Below are positions 10,059 to 20,682 of a stretch of DNA of 64,000 nucleotides, in pieces. Under the pieces are notes generated by a model. The model was not told where the DNA came from. It was given only the letters and a program-made list of their open reading frames with translations, and ran no database searches. Each line of letters begins with the position of its first letter. Positions within the stretch are counted from its first letter, which is position 1. A program made the translations under genes and the position numbers. The stretch comes from an uncultured Pseudomonadota bacterium. GTDB taxonomy: Bacteria > Pseudomonadota > Gammaproteobacteria > Steroidobacterales > Steroidobacteraceae. Where the stretch lies: positions 11,192 through 75,191 of the forward strand of contig CAISHQ010000032.1 of assembly GCA_903885195.1 (NCBI GenBank). Direction: 5' to 3'.

Positions 10059-11449
10059 ATGAAGGCACCTTTCGACATTGCTGGTGATCTCGACACGCCC
10101 GTTTCGGCCTTCCTGAAGCTGCGCGCGTTCCGCCCGCGTTTCCTGCTCGAGAGCGTGGAGGGTGGCGAGCGGGTCGGCCGCTACTCGTTCGTCGGTTTTG
10201 GCGATGCGTCGTTTCGGGTCAAGCTCGATGCGCAGGGCTTCTGGAGTGGTAGCGAGCGCTGGAACGTACCGGCGGATCAGACCGAGTTACTGCAGGCGCT
10301 GCGCACCGCCCTGGCCCGTGCGCCGCGGCCGCAGGCACCCGGAGCGGGTGCCGATTTCCCGCTCGCAGGTGGACTTGTCGGCTACGCGTCCTACGACATC
10401 GTCCGCTACTTCGAGCGACTGCGCCCGACCACGCCCGAGCCGGGTGCCATGCCCGATCTGCACTATGTCGCGCCCGCATCGCTGCTGGTGTTCGACCATC
10501 TCACGCGAGGCATCGCTTTGCTGCATGCCGGCAGCGAGAGCGAGCGGCAGTCGTTGCGCCGCGAAGTCATCGCCGCGCTGCGCGGTGCAGTGCCGGCGAG
10601 TCGCGTACAAGGCAGCTTCTCGCCCGCGCTCGCCTCGATGTCCGAGGCGCAGTTTCTCGCCGGGGTCGCGCGAACCAAGGAATACATCGCAGCAGGTGAC
10701 GTCTACCAACTGGTGCTCTCCGTGCGCTTCGGTGGGCGTGCAGACATCGATCCGTTCGAGGCCTATCGCGCGCTGCGACTGATCAATCCGTCGCCCTACA
10801 TGTACTACTGCGCGATGGACGATGTCACCGTCGTCGGCTCATCGCCCGAGGCACTCGTGAAGTTGTCGCACGGCCAGGCGCAGTTGCGGCCGATCGCCGG
10901 TACCCGACCGCGCGCTGCAGATGAGGCCGAGGATCAGCGTCGAGAGCAAGAGCTGCTGGCCGATGCCAAAGAAAATGCCGAGCACGTCATGTTGGTTGAT
11001 CTCGCACGCAACGATCTCGGTCGCGTGGCGCAACCGGGCAGCGTGCAAGTGGGGCCTTATCGCTCCATCGAGCGCTACAGCCACGTGATGCACATGGTGA
11101 GCGGCGTGCGTGGCGAGTTGGCGGCGGGGCGCGATGCGTTCGATCTGTTTGCTGCAGCGTTCCCTGCCGGCACACTCGTGGGTGCGCCAAAGGTGCGCGC
11201 GATGGAAATCATCGACGAGCTCGAGCCCGTGCGCCGGGGTCTCTACGGCGGCACGGTCGGCTACTTCGGCGCCCAAGGCGACATGGATCAGGCCATCACC
11301 ATTCGCACGTTGGTGTTCCGCGGCGACGAGTACAGCTATCAGGCGGGTGCGGGCATCGTCGCCGACAGTCACCCGCAGAGCGAGTACGAGGAAGTGCTGG
11401 CCAAAAGCGGATCGGCCGCGCGGGCGCTGGCAATGGCGGGAGAAGGTTT

Positions 11450-11453
<4 letters not shown>
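10059..11453 (+). CDS. trpE: Anthranilate synthase component I
   Basis: Full-length TrpE-like translation ([16 protein letters not shown]..., chorismate-binding C-terminal GAGIVADS). Confidence 0.95.
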
Positions 11454-12068
<615 letters not shown>

Positions 12069-12076
<8 letters not shown>

Positions 12077-13115
12077 CAAGGCGTTGCGCGCAGCGCTTGA
12101 GCAGATGCTGGAGCGGCGTGACCTGTCCGAAGTGCAGGCGGCGGCGGTGCTCACCGCACTGACTAGCGAGGTGCCGCCCGCGCTGGCCGGCGGGCTTTTG
12201 GCTGCCTTGCGGGCCAAGGGCGTGGTCGCCGATGAGTTGCGTGGCTTTGCCCGCGCGATGCGCTCGCTCGCGCGACGGCCTGCGATCGATGCCGCTCTGT
12301 CGGCCCGCGCGATCGACATCGTGGGCACTGGTGGCGATGCATCGGGGAGCGTGAATATTTCGACGGGGACGGCCCTGCTCGTCGCAGCCTGCGGTGTGCC
12401 CGTCATCAAGCACGGCAATCGCTCCGTATCGAGTCGCTCCGGCAGTGCCGACGTCCTCGAGCAACTCGGCTTGCCTTTGCCACTCGATGACCTGCAGGCC
12501 GGGGAGTGCCTGGATCGTTGCGGTTTCACATTCCTGTTCGCCCCGTACTACCACCCCGCGATGAAGGCGATCGCCCCGGTGCGTCAGGCGCTGGGCATAC
12601 GCACTATCTTCAATGTGCTCGGGCCGCTCACGAACCCGGCGGCACCGGCCTATCAGCTCACCGGTGCCTACAGCGAGCCGGTGGCGGCGCTGATGGCTGA
12701 TGCGCTGGCACACATGCCGGGACTCAAGCGGGCCTTCGTCGTGCATGCGGCCAACGGCTGGGACGAGCCAACGACGGTCTGTGATTTCACGCTGTTCGAC
12801 GTCGGGTCCGGACAGGTTCGTCGCAGCGTGCGGCGCCCCGAGGAATACGGTCTACGTCGTTGCTCAGCCGAGGAACTCGCTGGCGGTGATGCCACGGTCA
12901 ATGCCGCCGCCCTGCGTGCCGTGTTGCGCGGCGAGCACCGCGGTGGTCATCGCGATGCGCTGCTGCTGGGTGCGTCGCTGGCCCTTGAGTGCACGGGAAT
13001 CGCTGCCGATCCCGTGGCGGGGCTGCAGGTTGCCGCCGAAGCGATCGATTCGGGTGGTGCCGCCGAGATGCTCGAGGAGCTCGCCGCCTTTGGTCGCGGG
13101 GTACGCAAGCCGTGA
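12069..13115 (+). CDS. trpD: Anthranilate phosphoribosyltransferase
   Basis: [17 protein letters not shown] and [10 protein letters not shown] motifs. ATG 12069 is preceded by GGGGAGG. Confidence 0.95.
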
Positions 13116-14008
13116 CGGAGTCGGGTTTTCTCGCTGGTATGGCTGCAAGTTCGCGTGCACGCGCGATAGCCGCCAAAGAAATCACGCCGGAGTCAGTGCT
13201 GCTCGAGCAGATTGCCAGGCTGCCGCCTCCGGCTCCATTGACGCTCTCTGCCGGGGGCTTCGATCTGATCGCCGAGATGAAGTTGCGCTCACCGGCGCTC
13301 GGTGCCTTGCAGACCAAGGCCGATGCAGGGGCGGATGCACGTATCGATGCCTATGCAGACGGTGGTGCCGCGGCGATATCGGTGCTGACCGAGCCCACGC
13401 GTTTCGATGGCGAGCTCGCGCATCTGCAGCACGCGACGACGCGTCTGGAGGCACGGGGGTCACGTCGAATCCCGGCTATGCGGAAGGATTTCCTCGTCGA
13501 TCCGTATCAGATCCTCGAGGCGCGGGCTGCGGGCGCAGCCGGCGTATTGCTGATCGTGCGGATGTTGTCGCGCACCCAGCTGGAGGCCTTGCTTGATGTG
13601 GCCTTGGCGCAAGGTTTGTTCGTGTTGCTCGAGGCCTTCGACGAGCGCGACATCGACGAGGCCATCGCCTTGCTCGAGCCTCGCCGAGCCAAAGCCTGCA
13701 TGCCGAGCGGTGCGCAGCGTTTGCTGCTCGGAGTGAACTGTCGTGACCTCGTTACCTTGAAGGTGATTCCCGATCGGTTTGCGACACTGGCCCCGCATTT
13801 GCCGACGTGGATTGCGCGTGTCGCCGAGAGTGGCGTGCTGTCGGCGGCCGATGCGGCGGCGGCAGCGGCGGTGGGCTACGACCTCGCCCTCGTGGGCGGT
13901 GCGCTGATGACTCATCCGACGCCGCAGCGACTCGTCGAGCAGATGCTGCAGGCGGGTCGTACAACGCGTGGGCAACGCCCTCGCACTGGTCTCACAGGGA
14001 GCGCGTGA
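13112..14008 (+). CDS. trpC: Indole-3-glycerol-phosphate synthase
   Basis: IAEMKLRSPALG, LTEP..F.G and GVNCRDL motifs. The proposed GTG start forms a GTGA overlap with the trpD stop. ATG 13139 is an alternative start. Confidence 0.85.
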   Translation: MTESGFLAGMAASSRARAIAAKEITPESVLLEQIARLPPPAPLTLSAGGFDLIAEMKLRSPALGALQTKADAGADARIDAYADGGAAAISVLTEPTRFDGELAHLQHATTRLEARGSRRIPAMRKDFLVDPYQILEARAAGAAGVLLIVRMLSRTQLEALLDVALAQGLFVLLEAFDERDIDEAIALLEPRRAKACMPSGAQRLLLGVNCRDLVTLKVIPDRFATLAPHLPTWIARVAESGVLSAADAAAAAAVGYDLALVGGALMTHPTPQRLVEQMLQAGRTTRGQRPRTGLTGSA

Positions 14009-14014
14009 GCCGCC

Positions 14015-14611
14015 ATGTTCGTGAAACTCTGCGGCATGAACAGCGAAGCGGCGGTGTCGGCGGCTCTCGAGGCCGGAGCCGATGCGCTCGGCTTCGTGCT
14101 CGCACCGTCGGTACGACGCGTTTCGCCGACCGAAGCCAGGCGGCTCGCGGCGCCTGCGCGCGGTCGCGCCTGCTGCGTCGCAGTCATGTTGCATCCGACT
14201 GCGGCAGAGGTGGACGAAGTGATGCAGGATTTCGCACCGGATGCGCTGCAAACTGATCTCGCCGACGAGGCCATGCTCTCGCTAGAGGCAATACGGATCT
14301 GGTGGCCCGTGCTGCGCAGTGGCCCGGCGCTGCCGGCGTTGCTGCGCAAGCGGGTGTTGTTCGAGGGCCCCATTAGCGGAGTCGGTGAGGCCGCGGACTG
14401 GACGATGGCGCGATCGCTCGCGTCGACGACGCAACTGATCCTTGCGGGCGGACTGCATTCGGGTAACGTCGCTACGGCGATTCGCGCCGTCCAGCCGTTC
14501 GGCGTCGACGTGTCGAGCGGCATCGAATCCTCGCCGGGGCGCAAGTGCGCCACGCGGATCCATGAGTTTGTGCGTGCTGCGCGTGCAGCCGCTGCGGAGA
14601 ACCAAAAATGA
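14015..14611 (+). CDS. trpF: Phosphoribosylanthranilate isomerase
   Basis: MFVKLCGMN...GADALGFVL and LAGGL...VDVSSGIE are PRAI motifs. Confidence 0.9.
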   Translation: MFVKLCGMNSEAAVSAALEAGADALGFVLAPSVRRVSPTEARRLAAPARGRACCVAVMLHPTAAEVDEVMQDFAPDALQTDLADEAMLSLEAIRIWWPVLRSGPALPALLRKRVLFEGPISGVGEAADWTMARSLASTTQLILAGGLHSGNVATAIRAVQPFGVDVSSGIESSPGRKCATRIHEFVRAARAAAAENQK

Positions 14612-15891
14612 ATGCCCACGTTAAATTTTCGACTGCCGAGCAGAGCGCTCTGCTCGAGCAGGAACTCGCTGGCCGCTTTCCCGATGCGCGCGGTCGATTC
14701 GGCCCCTACGGTGGCCGGTACGTGCCGGAGACGCTGATCCCGGCGCTCGAGCGGCTCGAGGCGGGTATGCGCGAGCATCTGCACCGGGCGGACTTCCAGG
14801 CGGAGCTCACCGACCAGTTGCGCCACTGGGTCGGGCGTCCCACAGCTTTGTCGTATGCGCCGCGACTGTCGGCCGCGTGGGGTGCCTCGATCTGGTTCAA
14901 GCGCGAGGATCTCGCACACACCGGCGCCCACAAAATCAACAACGCTCTCGGACAGGCGCTGCTTGCGCAGCGCCTCGGTGCCCGACGCATCGTCGCCGAG
15001 ACGGGTGCAGGTCAGCACGGCGTGGCGAGCGCCGCGGCCTGCGCGCGCCTCGGCTTGCCGTGTACGGTGTACATGGGCGCCATCGACATGGAGCGGCAGG
15101 CGCCCAACGTCGGACGCATGCGACTGCTTGGTGCGGAGGTCGTCCCCGTGACCGGAGGCGATCAGACGCTGCGCGCGGCCATCGACGAGGCGCTGCGCGA
15201 TTGGGTCGCCGATCCCGATGGCACGTTCTATCTGCTGGGCTCCGCTGTCGGCCCGCATCCTTATCCGTTTCTGGTCCGCGAGCTGCAGGCGATCATCGGC
15301 CGCGAGGCACGCGCGCAGTTCATCGAGCGTCAGGGCGGGTTGCCGGATGCCGTTTTTGCCTGCGTGGGTGGTGGTTCCAATTCCATCGGCATGTTCCATG
15401 CGTTCGTGCCGGATACGTCGGTCGCCATCATCGGCATCGAAGCCGGCGGGCGTGGCAGTGGCCTCGGTGAAAACGCTGCAAGCCTCTCCTATGGCTGGCC
15501 GGGCGTCTTACAGGGCTGCTATTCGCTGCTGTTGCAGGACGAGAACGGCCAGATCCACGAGACGGACTCGATCTCGGCGGGTCTCGACTACCCGGGGGTC
15601 GGACCCGAGCACGCTCTGCTGCTTGCAGCAGGCCGGGTGCGCTACGAGTCGGCCACCGACAGCGAAGCACTTGCGGCGTTACAGGAATGCTCGCGTCTCG
15701 AGGGCATCCTGCCTGCGCTCGAAACGGCGCATGCGCTGCACGGCGCCAAGCGCTGGGCCAAAGAAAACACCGGCAAGACGGCTATTCTTTGCATGTCAGG
15801 TCGCGGTGACAAAGATATGCCGACCCTGCAGCGCACCTTGCTCGCTGGCAATGCGTCGTCGACCTCGGTTCATGCGGGAGCCAAGCCATGA
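14608..15891 (+). CDS. trpB: Tryptophan synthase beta chain
   Basis: LKREDLAHTGAHKINN (PLP-lysine motif), ETGAGQHG and GGGSNSIG. ATGA overlap with trpF. Confidence 0.97.
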   Translation: MNAHVKFSTAEQSALLEQELAGRFPDARGRFGPYGGRYVPETLIPALERLEAGMREHLHRADFQAELTDQLRHWVGRPTALSYAPRLSAAWGASIWFKREDLAHTGAHKINNALGQALLAQRLGARRIVAETGAGQHGVASAAACARLGLPCTVYMGAIDMERQAPNVGRMRLLGAEVVPVTGGDQTLRAAIDEALRDWVADPDGTFYLLGSAVGPHPYPFLVRELQAIIGREARAQFIERQGGLPDAVFACVGGGSNSIGMFHAFVPDTSVAIIGIEAGGRGSGLGENAASLSYGWPGVLQGCYSLLLQDENGQIHETDSISAGLDYPGVGPEHALLLAAGRVRYESATDSEALAALQECSRLEGILPALETAHALHGAKRWAKENTGKTAILCMSGRGDKDMPTLQRTLLAGNASSTSVHAGAKP

Positions 15892-16658
15892 AGCCTCATG
15901 CACGCTTGAGCAGCGCCATCCGCGCCGCCGTCGATCGCGGTGAGCCAGCGCTCGTGGCGTTCATGACCGCAGGATTTCCGCAGATCGACAAATTCGCCGA
16001 ACATCTGCACGCCGTGGCCTCCGTGGCCGACGTCGTCGAAATCGGCGTGCCGTTCACCGATCCGATGGCCGATGGCATGACGATCCAGCGCTCGAGTCAG
16101 GCTGCCCTCAAGCAAGGCGTGAGCCTCAAGTGGATCCTCGGCGAACTCGCCACGATGCAGCGGCCCGAGGCGCCGCTCGTGCTGATGAGCTACCTCAACC
16201 CGTTGCTGCAGTATGGCTACGCACGGCTCGCTCAGGACGCGGCGGCGGCGGGCGTCTGCGGTTTCATCGTCCCAGACTTGCCGTTTGACGAGGGCGACGA
16301 ATTTCGCGCGGCACTCGCCAAGGAGGGCGTGGCCCTCGTGCAGATGGTGACTCCGGTGACGACGCCAGAGCGCCTCGCCCGGGTGTGCGCCGCCAGTGAG
16401 GGCTTCGTGTACGCGGTCACCATGACGGGTACCACCGGCAAAAGCGTCACGGTTCCGGACGAGGTGCTCCAGTACCTGGCGCGGGTCAAAGCCGTCTCGC
16501 CGGTGCCCGTGTGTGCGGGTTTTGGCATTCGTTCAGCCGAGCAGGTCGAGCGCCTGCGGGGCCACGTGGAAGGGGTCGTGGTCGGTTCCGCACTCGTCGA
16601 GGTGCTCGAGCGCGGGGAAGACGCTGCAACCTGGCTGCGGAGCTTGCGCGCCGGCTGA
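15888..16658 (+). CDS. trpA: Tryptophan synthase alpha chain
   Basis: VEIGVPFTDPMADG, YLNP and GFGI motifs. ATGA overlap with trpB. Confidence 0.95.
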   Translation: MKPHARLSSAIRAAVDRGEPALVAFMTAGFPQIDKFAEHLHAVASVADVVEIGVPFTDPMADGMTIQRSSQAALKQGVSLKWILGELATMQRPEAPLVLMSYLNPLLQYGYARLAQDAAAAGVCGFIVPDLPFDEGDEFRAALAKEGVALVQMVTPVTTPERLARVCAASEGFVYAVTMTGTTGKSVTVPDEVLQYLARVKAVSPVPVCAGFGIRSAEQVERLRGHVEGVVVGSALVEVLERGEDAATWLRSLRAG

Positions 16659-16847
16659 TAGACCGCTGCGGAGTGGCCGCAGTAAACGATCGGTATGGGC
16701 TGCCGTCCTGGCGCATGACCGACGTGCGACTTCGGTGGAGCGTCAGGAGATCGTCAGACTCGCGGATGATCGTCTGCCCTTCGTCGGCACGGTATTATTC
16801 GGTGTCTCGTCGCATCGTTGCGACGCCTCGCAGGTACCTTGACCCGC

Positions 16848-18215
16848 ATGCAGTATCGCGCTTGGAACCCCGTTCGTCGCAGCGTCCGTTTGCTGTGGAT
16901 CCTGTTGGTCCTCTGCTCGGCGGCCTCGTCGGCATCAACCACCCCGGGTGACGACGGCTTCATCACGAAGGGCAAGCAGCCTCTCGTGATGTGGAATACG
17001 GTGCCGTTCTATGCGGCCGCGGATCTTGCCCAGTACGAAGCCACGCTCGCGACCCGGCGTGACCGGGTACGTCGCGAGAATTTCCGCGAGCTGAGCGCAA
17101 CGCTGGAGGCCCTCGCGGCGTCCGGTACTGATGTCTCCGCCATGAGCGAGCCCTTGGCCAACATCCTGCTCACCTTCGACATGATGCGTGACTTGCATCG
17201 GGAGCGTGATGAGAAGGCCATCGACATATCACTGGAAAACCAGTTCAAGGCAGCGCTCGATCGTCTGTATGTGCTGCATCAACTGCGCCCTGGCGAGCGG
17301 CGGCTGCAGTTTTCGGCAGGGTCGGATCCGGCTGCGTTCCGTGCGTTCATAGAGGGGCGGGAAAAAGATAAGCCCGCAAGGCTCGATCAAGCGGTGCGCG
17401 TCTATCAGCAAATCGATTTCACAGCCTATGGCTCGTTCACGTCGATGGGTGACAACGAGTTTCAGCTTACCCTTCAGATTCAGAACTTCAAGACAGGCAC
17501 GAGCCGCAGCTTCTCGACTCGCGGCACATTGACGCGGGCCGTCGAGGTGCTGGCGAGTCGCGTGTTTGACTACTTCCAGTCGAACGTCTACGCGGCATGG
17601 GATGAGTCGCGCGGCGCTCTCGAGTGGATCGCGATGCCGGGTAACCCCGCGCGCACCGATCCCGGCTCGCCGAACTACGGCTATTCGTATCACGAGGCGC
17701 TCGACTATTGCGCCGAGCGCAACGCGCGTCTGCCGTATGCGCGCGAACTGCGTTCAGCCGATGCAGCCGGGGCATACCGAGCCGGCGGGATTTCGCGACT
17801 CAAACCTGGCGTGAGCTATCCGGTCCTCGATCGACGCCACGTACCCGATTTCTACGTGCTGCACCTTGGCGACACCGCGACGGGCACCGAGGGGTCCCTG
17901 CGGACGCTCGCCACCTATCCCGGCAGAGTCGAGTTCTGGTGCGTGCGCGGTGATCCTGCGCCGAATATCGTGCTCCACGAATCGCTATGGATGCTGCATC
18001 GTGCCCATGAATCGGGCGATGCCCGCAGTCGTGAGATCTTTGTCGCAGTCGAGACCATTCGGTACGAGTTGGGCGAAACGGATGCCGCCCAGTCGACGTT
18101 CAACGACACCACGACGGGTGAGCGATTCTCAAAGATTAGCCGACTGTCTTCGATAGCCGAAGCGAAGTCCGTATTGGAGCGTTACGGCATTACGCTGGTT
18201 TTTCCGGCCGATTAG
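16848..18215 (+). CDS. Secreted hypothetical protein with a C-terminal C-type-lectin/FGE/DUF1566-like segment
   Basis: Signal peptide from ATG 16848 (MQYRAWNPVRRSVRLLWILLVLCSAASSAS). The segment YHEALDYCAERNARLPYARELRSA ... EFWCVRG resembles the lectin-like W/Y-x-EA-x-x-YC...RLP-x-x-x-EL pattern. The rest is unrecognised. Confidence 0.6.
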   Translation: MQYRAWNPVRRSVRLLWILLVLCSAASSASTTPGDDGFITKGKQPLVMWNTVPFYAAADLAQYEATLATRRDRVRRENFRELSATLEALAASGTDVSAMSEPLANILLTFDMMRDLHRERDEKAIDISLENQFKAALDRLYVLHQLRPGERRLQFSAGSDPAAFRAFIEGREKDKPARLDQAVRVYQQIDFTAYGSFTSMGDNEFQLTLQIQNFKTGTSRSFSTRGTLTRAVEVLASRVFDYFQSNVYAAWDESRGALEWIAMPGNPARTDPGSPNYGYSYHEALDYCAERNARLPYARELRSADAAGAYRAGGISRLKPGVSYPVLDRRHVPDFYVLHLGDTATGTEGSLRTLATYPGRVEFWCVRGDPAPNIVLHESLWMLHRAHESGDARSREIFVAVETIRYELGETDAAQSTFNDTTTGERFSKISRLSSIAEAKSVLERYGITLVFPAD

Positions 18216-18233
18216 TTCCGATCAGCGGCACGG

Positions 18234-20672
18234 TCAGCTGCGCATGCGTGTGCCGGTTGGGTCGTAGGCGGGACCCTCAAGCAGACGTGCGTTGCGTGTT
18301 TCGCCGACGACATCGACGGTGAGACTCGGCAGTTTACCCCGCGCAGCCTGCGCCGCTGCGATGACGTCCCGGTCGACGTAGGCGAGCGCGAGACTTTGTT
18401 TCACCCAGTGACCGTAGGCACCCGAGGTGGTGTAGCCGACGAGTCGGCCGGCGAGTTTCACCGGCTCGAAACCGGATGCATCTGCGTCCGTCGCCTCGAT
18501 CGCGAGGGTGACGAGTTTGCGCGACGCAGGGCTATCGCGCTCGCGTAGCACGGCTTCACGGCCAATGAAATCGCCTTTGTCGAAGGCGACGTGTCGATCG
18601 AGTCCGCACATCCCGGGCGTGATCGACTGGGTAAACTCGGTCGACCAGATACCGAAGCTTTTTTCGAGGCGGAGCGAGTCGAGCGCCCGATTGCCGATGT
18701 TGCGCAGGCCGAGCGCGCGGCCGGAATCCATCAGCGCGTCGTACAGCATCCGCTGCTGGGTTGCCGGCACATAGAGCTCGTAGCCGAGTTCACCTGTGAG
18801 CGACAGTCGCGCCACGATGCCGCGGCCGAGGCCGATGCCCATCTCGGCACAAGACAAGAAAGGGAACGCAGCATTCGACAGATCCCGTTCGACGAGCGGC
18901 TGAACGATGTCGCGGGCGAGCGGACCCGATAGTGCGAATCCCGACCACGTGTCGCTGAGGTTGCGAAAGGTCACGCCATGCGGCGGTAGCAGGTCATCGA
19001 ACCAGCGACCGTGCCACTGCTGCAGATAGTACGAGCCGATCAACCAGAACCGATCCTCGGCCAGACGGCTGACGGTCAGATCGCCCATCAGCTTGCCGCC
19101 GAAGCCGAGCATCGGTGCGAGGCGCACGCGCCCGACCGCGGGCAGACGAGACCCCAGCAGTCGATCGAGCCACGCGGCTGCGCCGGGGCCACTGACTTCG
19201 TAGCGTGCGTACACGGCGGCATCAAACATGCCCGCCGCTTCACGGGTGGCGTGAACTTCCTCGGCGACGAATGCATGCGCGTTCGAGCGACGGACAGTCA
19301 GGTTCTCGACGAAGTCGGCTCGTCCACGGGCAAAGAACTGTGGCGTCTCCATACCCCAGTTGCAGCCGAAGCGGGCGCCGTCTGTAGCGAGCAGGTCGTG
19401 GACGGGAGACGTCTTGAGTGGTCGGCCGGCGGGTAGCTCCTCGTTGGGATAAGAGATCACGAAGCGCCGCGCGTAAAACTGACGCGTAGTGTCGCGCAGG
19501 TAGCGCTCCTCGGATGCAAACGACCCATAGCGCGCGACGTCCATACCGAAGATGTCGTAGCCCGGATCACCCTCGATCATCCAGCGAGCCAGCGTCAAAC
19601 CGATCGCACCGCCCTGCGAGAAACCGCCCATGCAACCGCAAGCGACCCAGTAATTGCGGAGACCCGGCACCGGGCCGACAAGTGGATTGCCATCCGGGGT
19701 AAAGGTGAACGCGCCGTTCACCCAGCGCTTGATGCCCACCTCGGCAAGCGCCGGAAAGCGCGCGAAGCCGATCTCGAGTTCCGGCAGGATGCGATCGACG
19801 TCGGGCGGCAGCAGATCCATGCCGTAATCCCAGGGCGCGCCTTCACTGCGCCAGTGCTGGGGCTTACGCTCGTAAACACCCAGCAGTGCGCCTTTGCCGA
19901 GCGGTTGCAGATACGTGAAACCCTCGAGGTCGGTGACCGAGACGAATTCGCGGCCGAGCGTGGCTAACATCGGCACATCGTCGGTGACGAGGTAGTGGTG
20001 CGACATCGGCGTCACCGGCAGGTTGACTCCGATCATGCGACCCACGCGCCGCGCCCAGAGTCCGGCGGCGTTGACGACGTGTTCGGCAACGATGCACCCC
20101 TGTTCGGTCTCGAGTTCCCACTGGCCATCCGCCCGTTGCTGCAGACCGAGCACACGATTCCGCAGGATGATGTCGGCACCCCGTTTGCGTGCCGCGATGG
20201 CAAAGGCATGCGTGGCGCCGTGAGCATCCACGTAGCCCTCGTGTGCGTCGAACAAGCCGCCTTGGAGACCGCGCGGATCGACGAGTGGACACATCTCCGT
20301 TATCTGCTCGGGAGAGACCAGGGTCGTCTCCATGTCCATCGTCTCGTACATCGCACGCTCGGCTTTGAGCATCTGCCAGCGTTCTTCGGAGGCGGCGAGG
20401 CTTATGCCGCCGGTCATGTGCAGCCCTACACTCTGGCCGCTCTCACGCTCGATGTCTTCGTAGAGACTGATCGTGTAGCCCTGCAATGCGGCGATGTTCG
20501 GATCGTCATTGAGGGCGTGGAAACCTGCTGCGGCGTGCCATGTGGATCCGGCGGTGAGTTCGCTGCGCTCGATGAGTGCTACATCGCTCCAACCGTGGCG
20601 CGTGAGGTGATACAGCACGCTAGCGCCGACGATACCGCCGCCAATCACCACAACCCGATAATGGGATTTCAT
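18234..20672 (-). CDS. FAD-dependent oxidoreductase fused to a GcvT-type folate-binding aminomethyltransferase domain (dimethylglycine/sarcosine dehydrogenase family)
   Basis: The N-terminus VVVIGGGIVGASVLYHL is a DAO dinucleotide fold. The 812-aa length and the GcvT-like C-terminal half are typical of the DMGDH/SARDH family. Confidence 0.85.
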   Translation of the reverse strand: MKSHYRVVVIGGGIVGASVLYHLTRHGWSDVALIERSELTAGSTWHAAAGFHALNDDPNIAALQGYTISLYEDIERESGQSVGLHMTGGISLAASEERWQMLKAERAMYETMDMETTLVSPEQITEMCPLVDPRGLQGGLFDAHEGYVDAHGATHAFAIAARKRGADIILRNRVLGLQQRADGQWELETEQGCIVAEHVVNAAGLWARRVGRMIGVNLPVTPMSHHYLVTDDVPMLATLGREFVSVTDLEGFTYLQPLGKGALLGVYERKPQHWRSEGAPWDYGMDLLPPDVDRILPELEIGFARFPALAEVGIKRWVNGAFTFTPDGNPLVGPVPGLRNYWVACGCMGGFSQGGAIGLTLARWMIEGDPGYDIFGMDVARYGSFASEERYLRDTTRQFYARRFVISYPNEELPAGRPLKTSPVHDLLATDGARFGCNWGMETPQFFARGRADFVENLTVRRSNAHAFVAEEVHATREAAGMFDAAVYARYEVSGPGAAAWLDRLLGSRLPAVGRVRLAPMLGFGGKLMGDLTVSRLAEDRFWLIGSYYLQQWHGRWFDDLLPPHGVTFRNLSDTWSGFALSGPLARDIVQPLVERDLSNAAFPFLSCAEMGIGLGRGIVARLSLTGELGYELYVPATQQRMLYDALMDSGRALGLRNIGNRALDSLRLEKSFGIWSTEFTQSITPGMCGLDRHVAFDKGDFIGREAVLRERDSPASRKLVTLAIEATDADASGFEPVKLAGRLVGYTTSGAYGHWVKQSLALAYVDRDVIAAAQAARGKLPSLTVDVVGETRNARLLEGPAYDPTGTRMRS

Positions 20673-20682
20673 TTACGACGCC

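Noticed and set aside
13912-15399. Very long antisense or alternative-frame ORFs. Examples: 13912-15399 (-) 495 aa, 24913-26130 (-) 405 aa, 40680-42680 (-) 666 aa, 50030-51562 (+) 510 aa, 55122-56594 (+) 490 aa, 56871-58082 (+) 403 aa.
   Set aside because: Each lies opposite or out of frame to a gene with clear family motifs (trpFB, the GltD-like gene, DUF1800, amtB, the AsmA-like gene, ydbH). Their translations are Arg/Ala/Gly/His-rich low-complexity sequence, typical of stop-codon-poor frames in genomes of about 65% GC.
16659-16700. The hairpin CTGCGG-AGTGG-CCGCAG after trpA as the trp operon terminator.
   Set aside because: The stem is only 6 bp and there is no U-tract (AAACGATCGG follows). 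This is too weak to call, and termination may be Rho-dependent.
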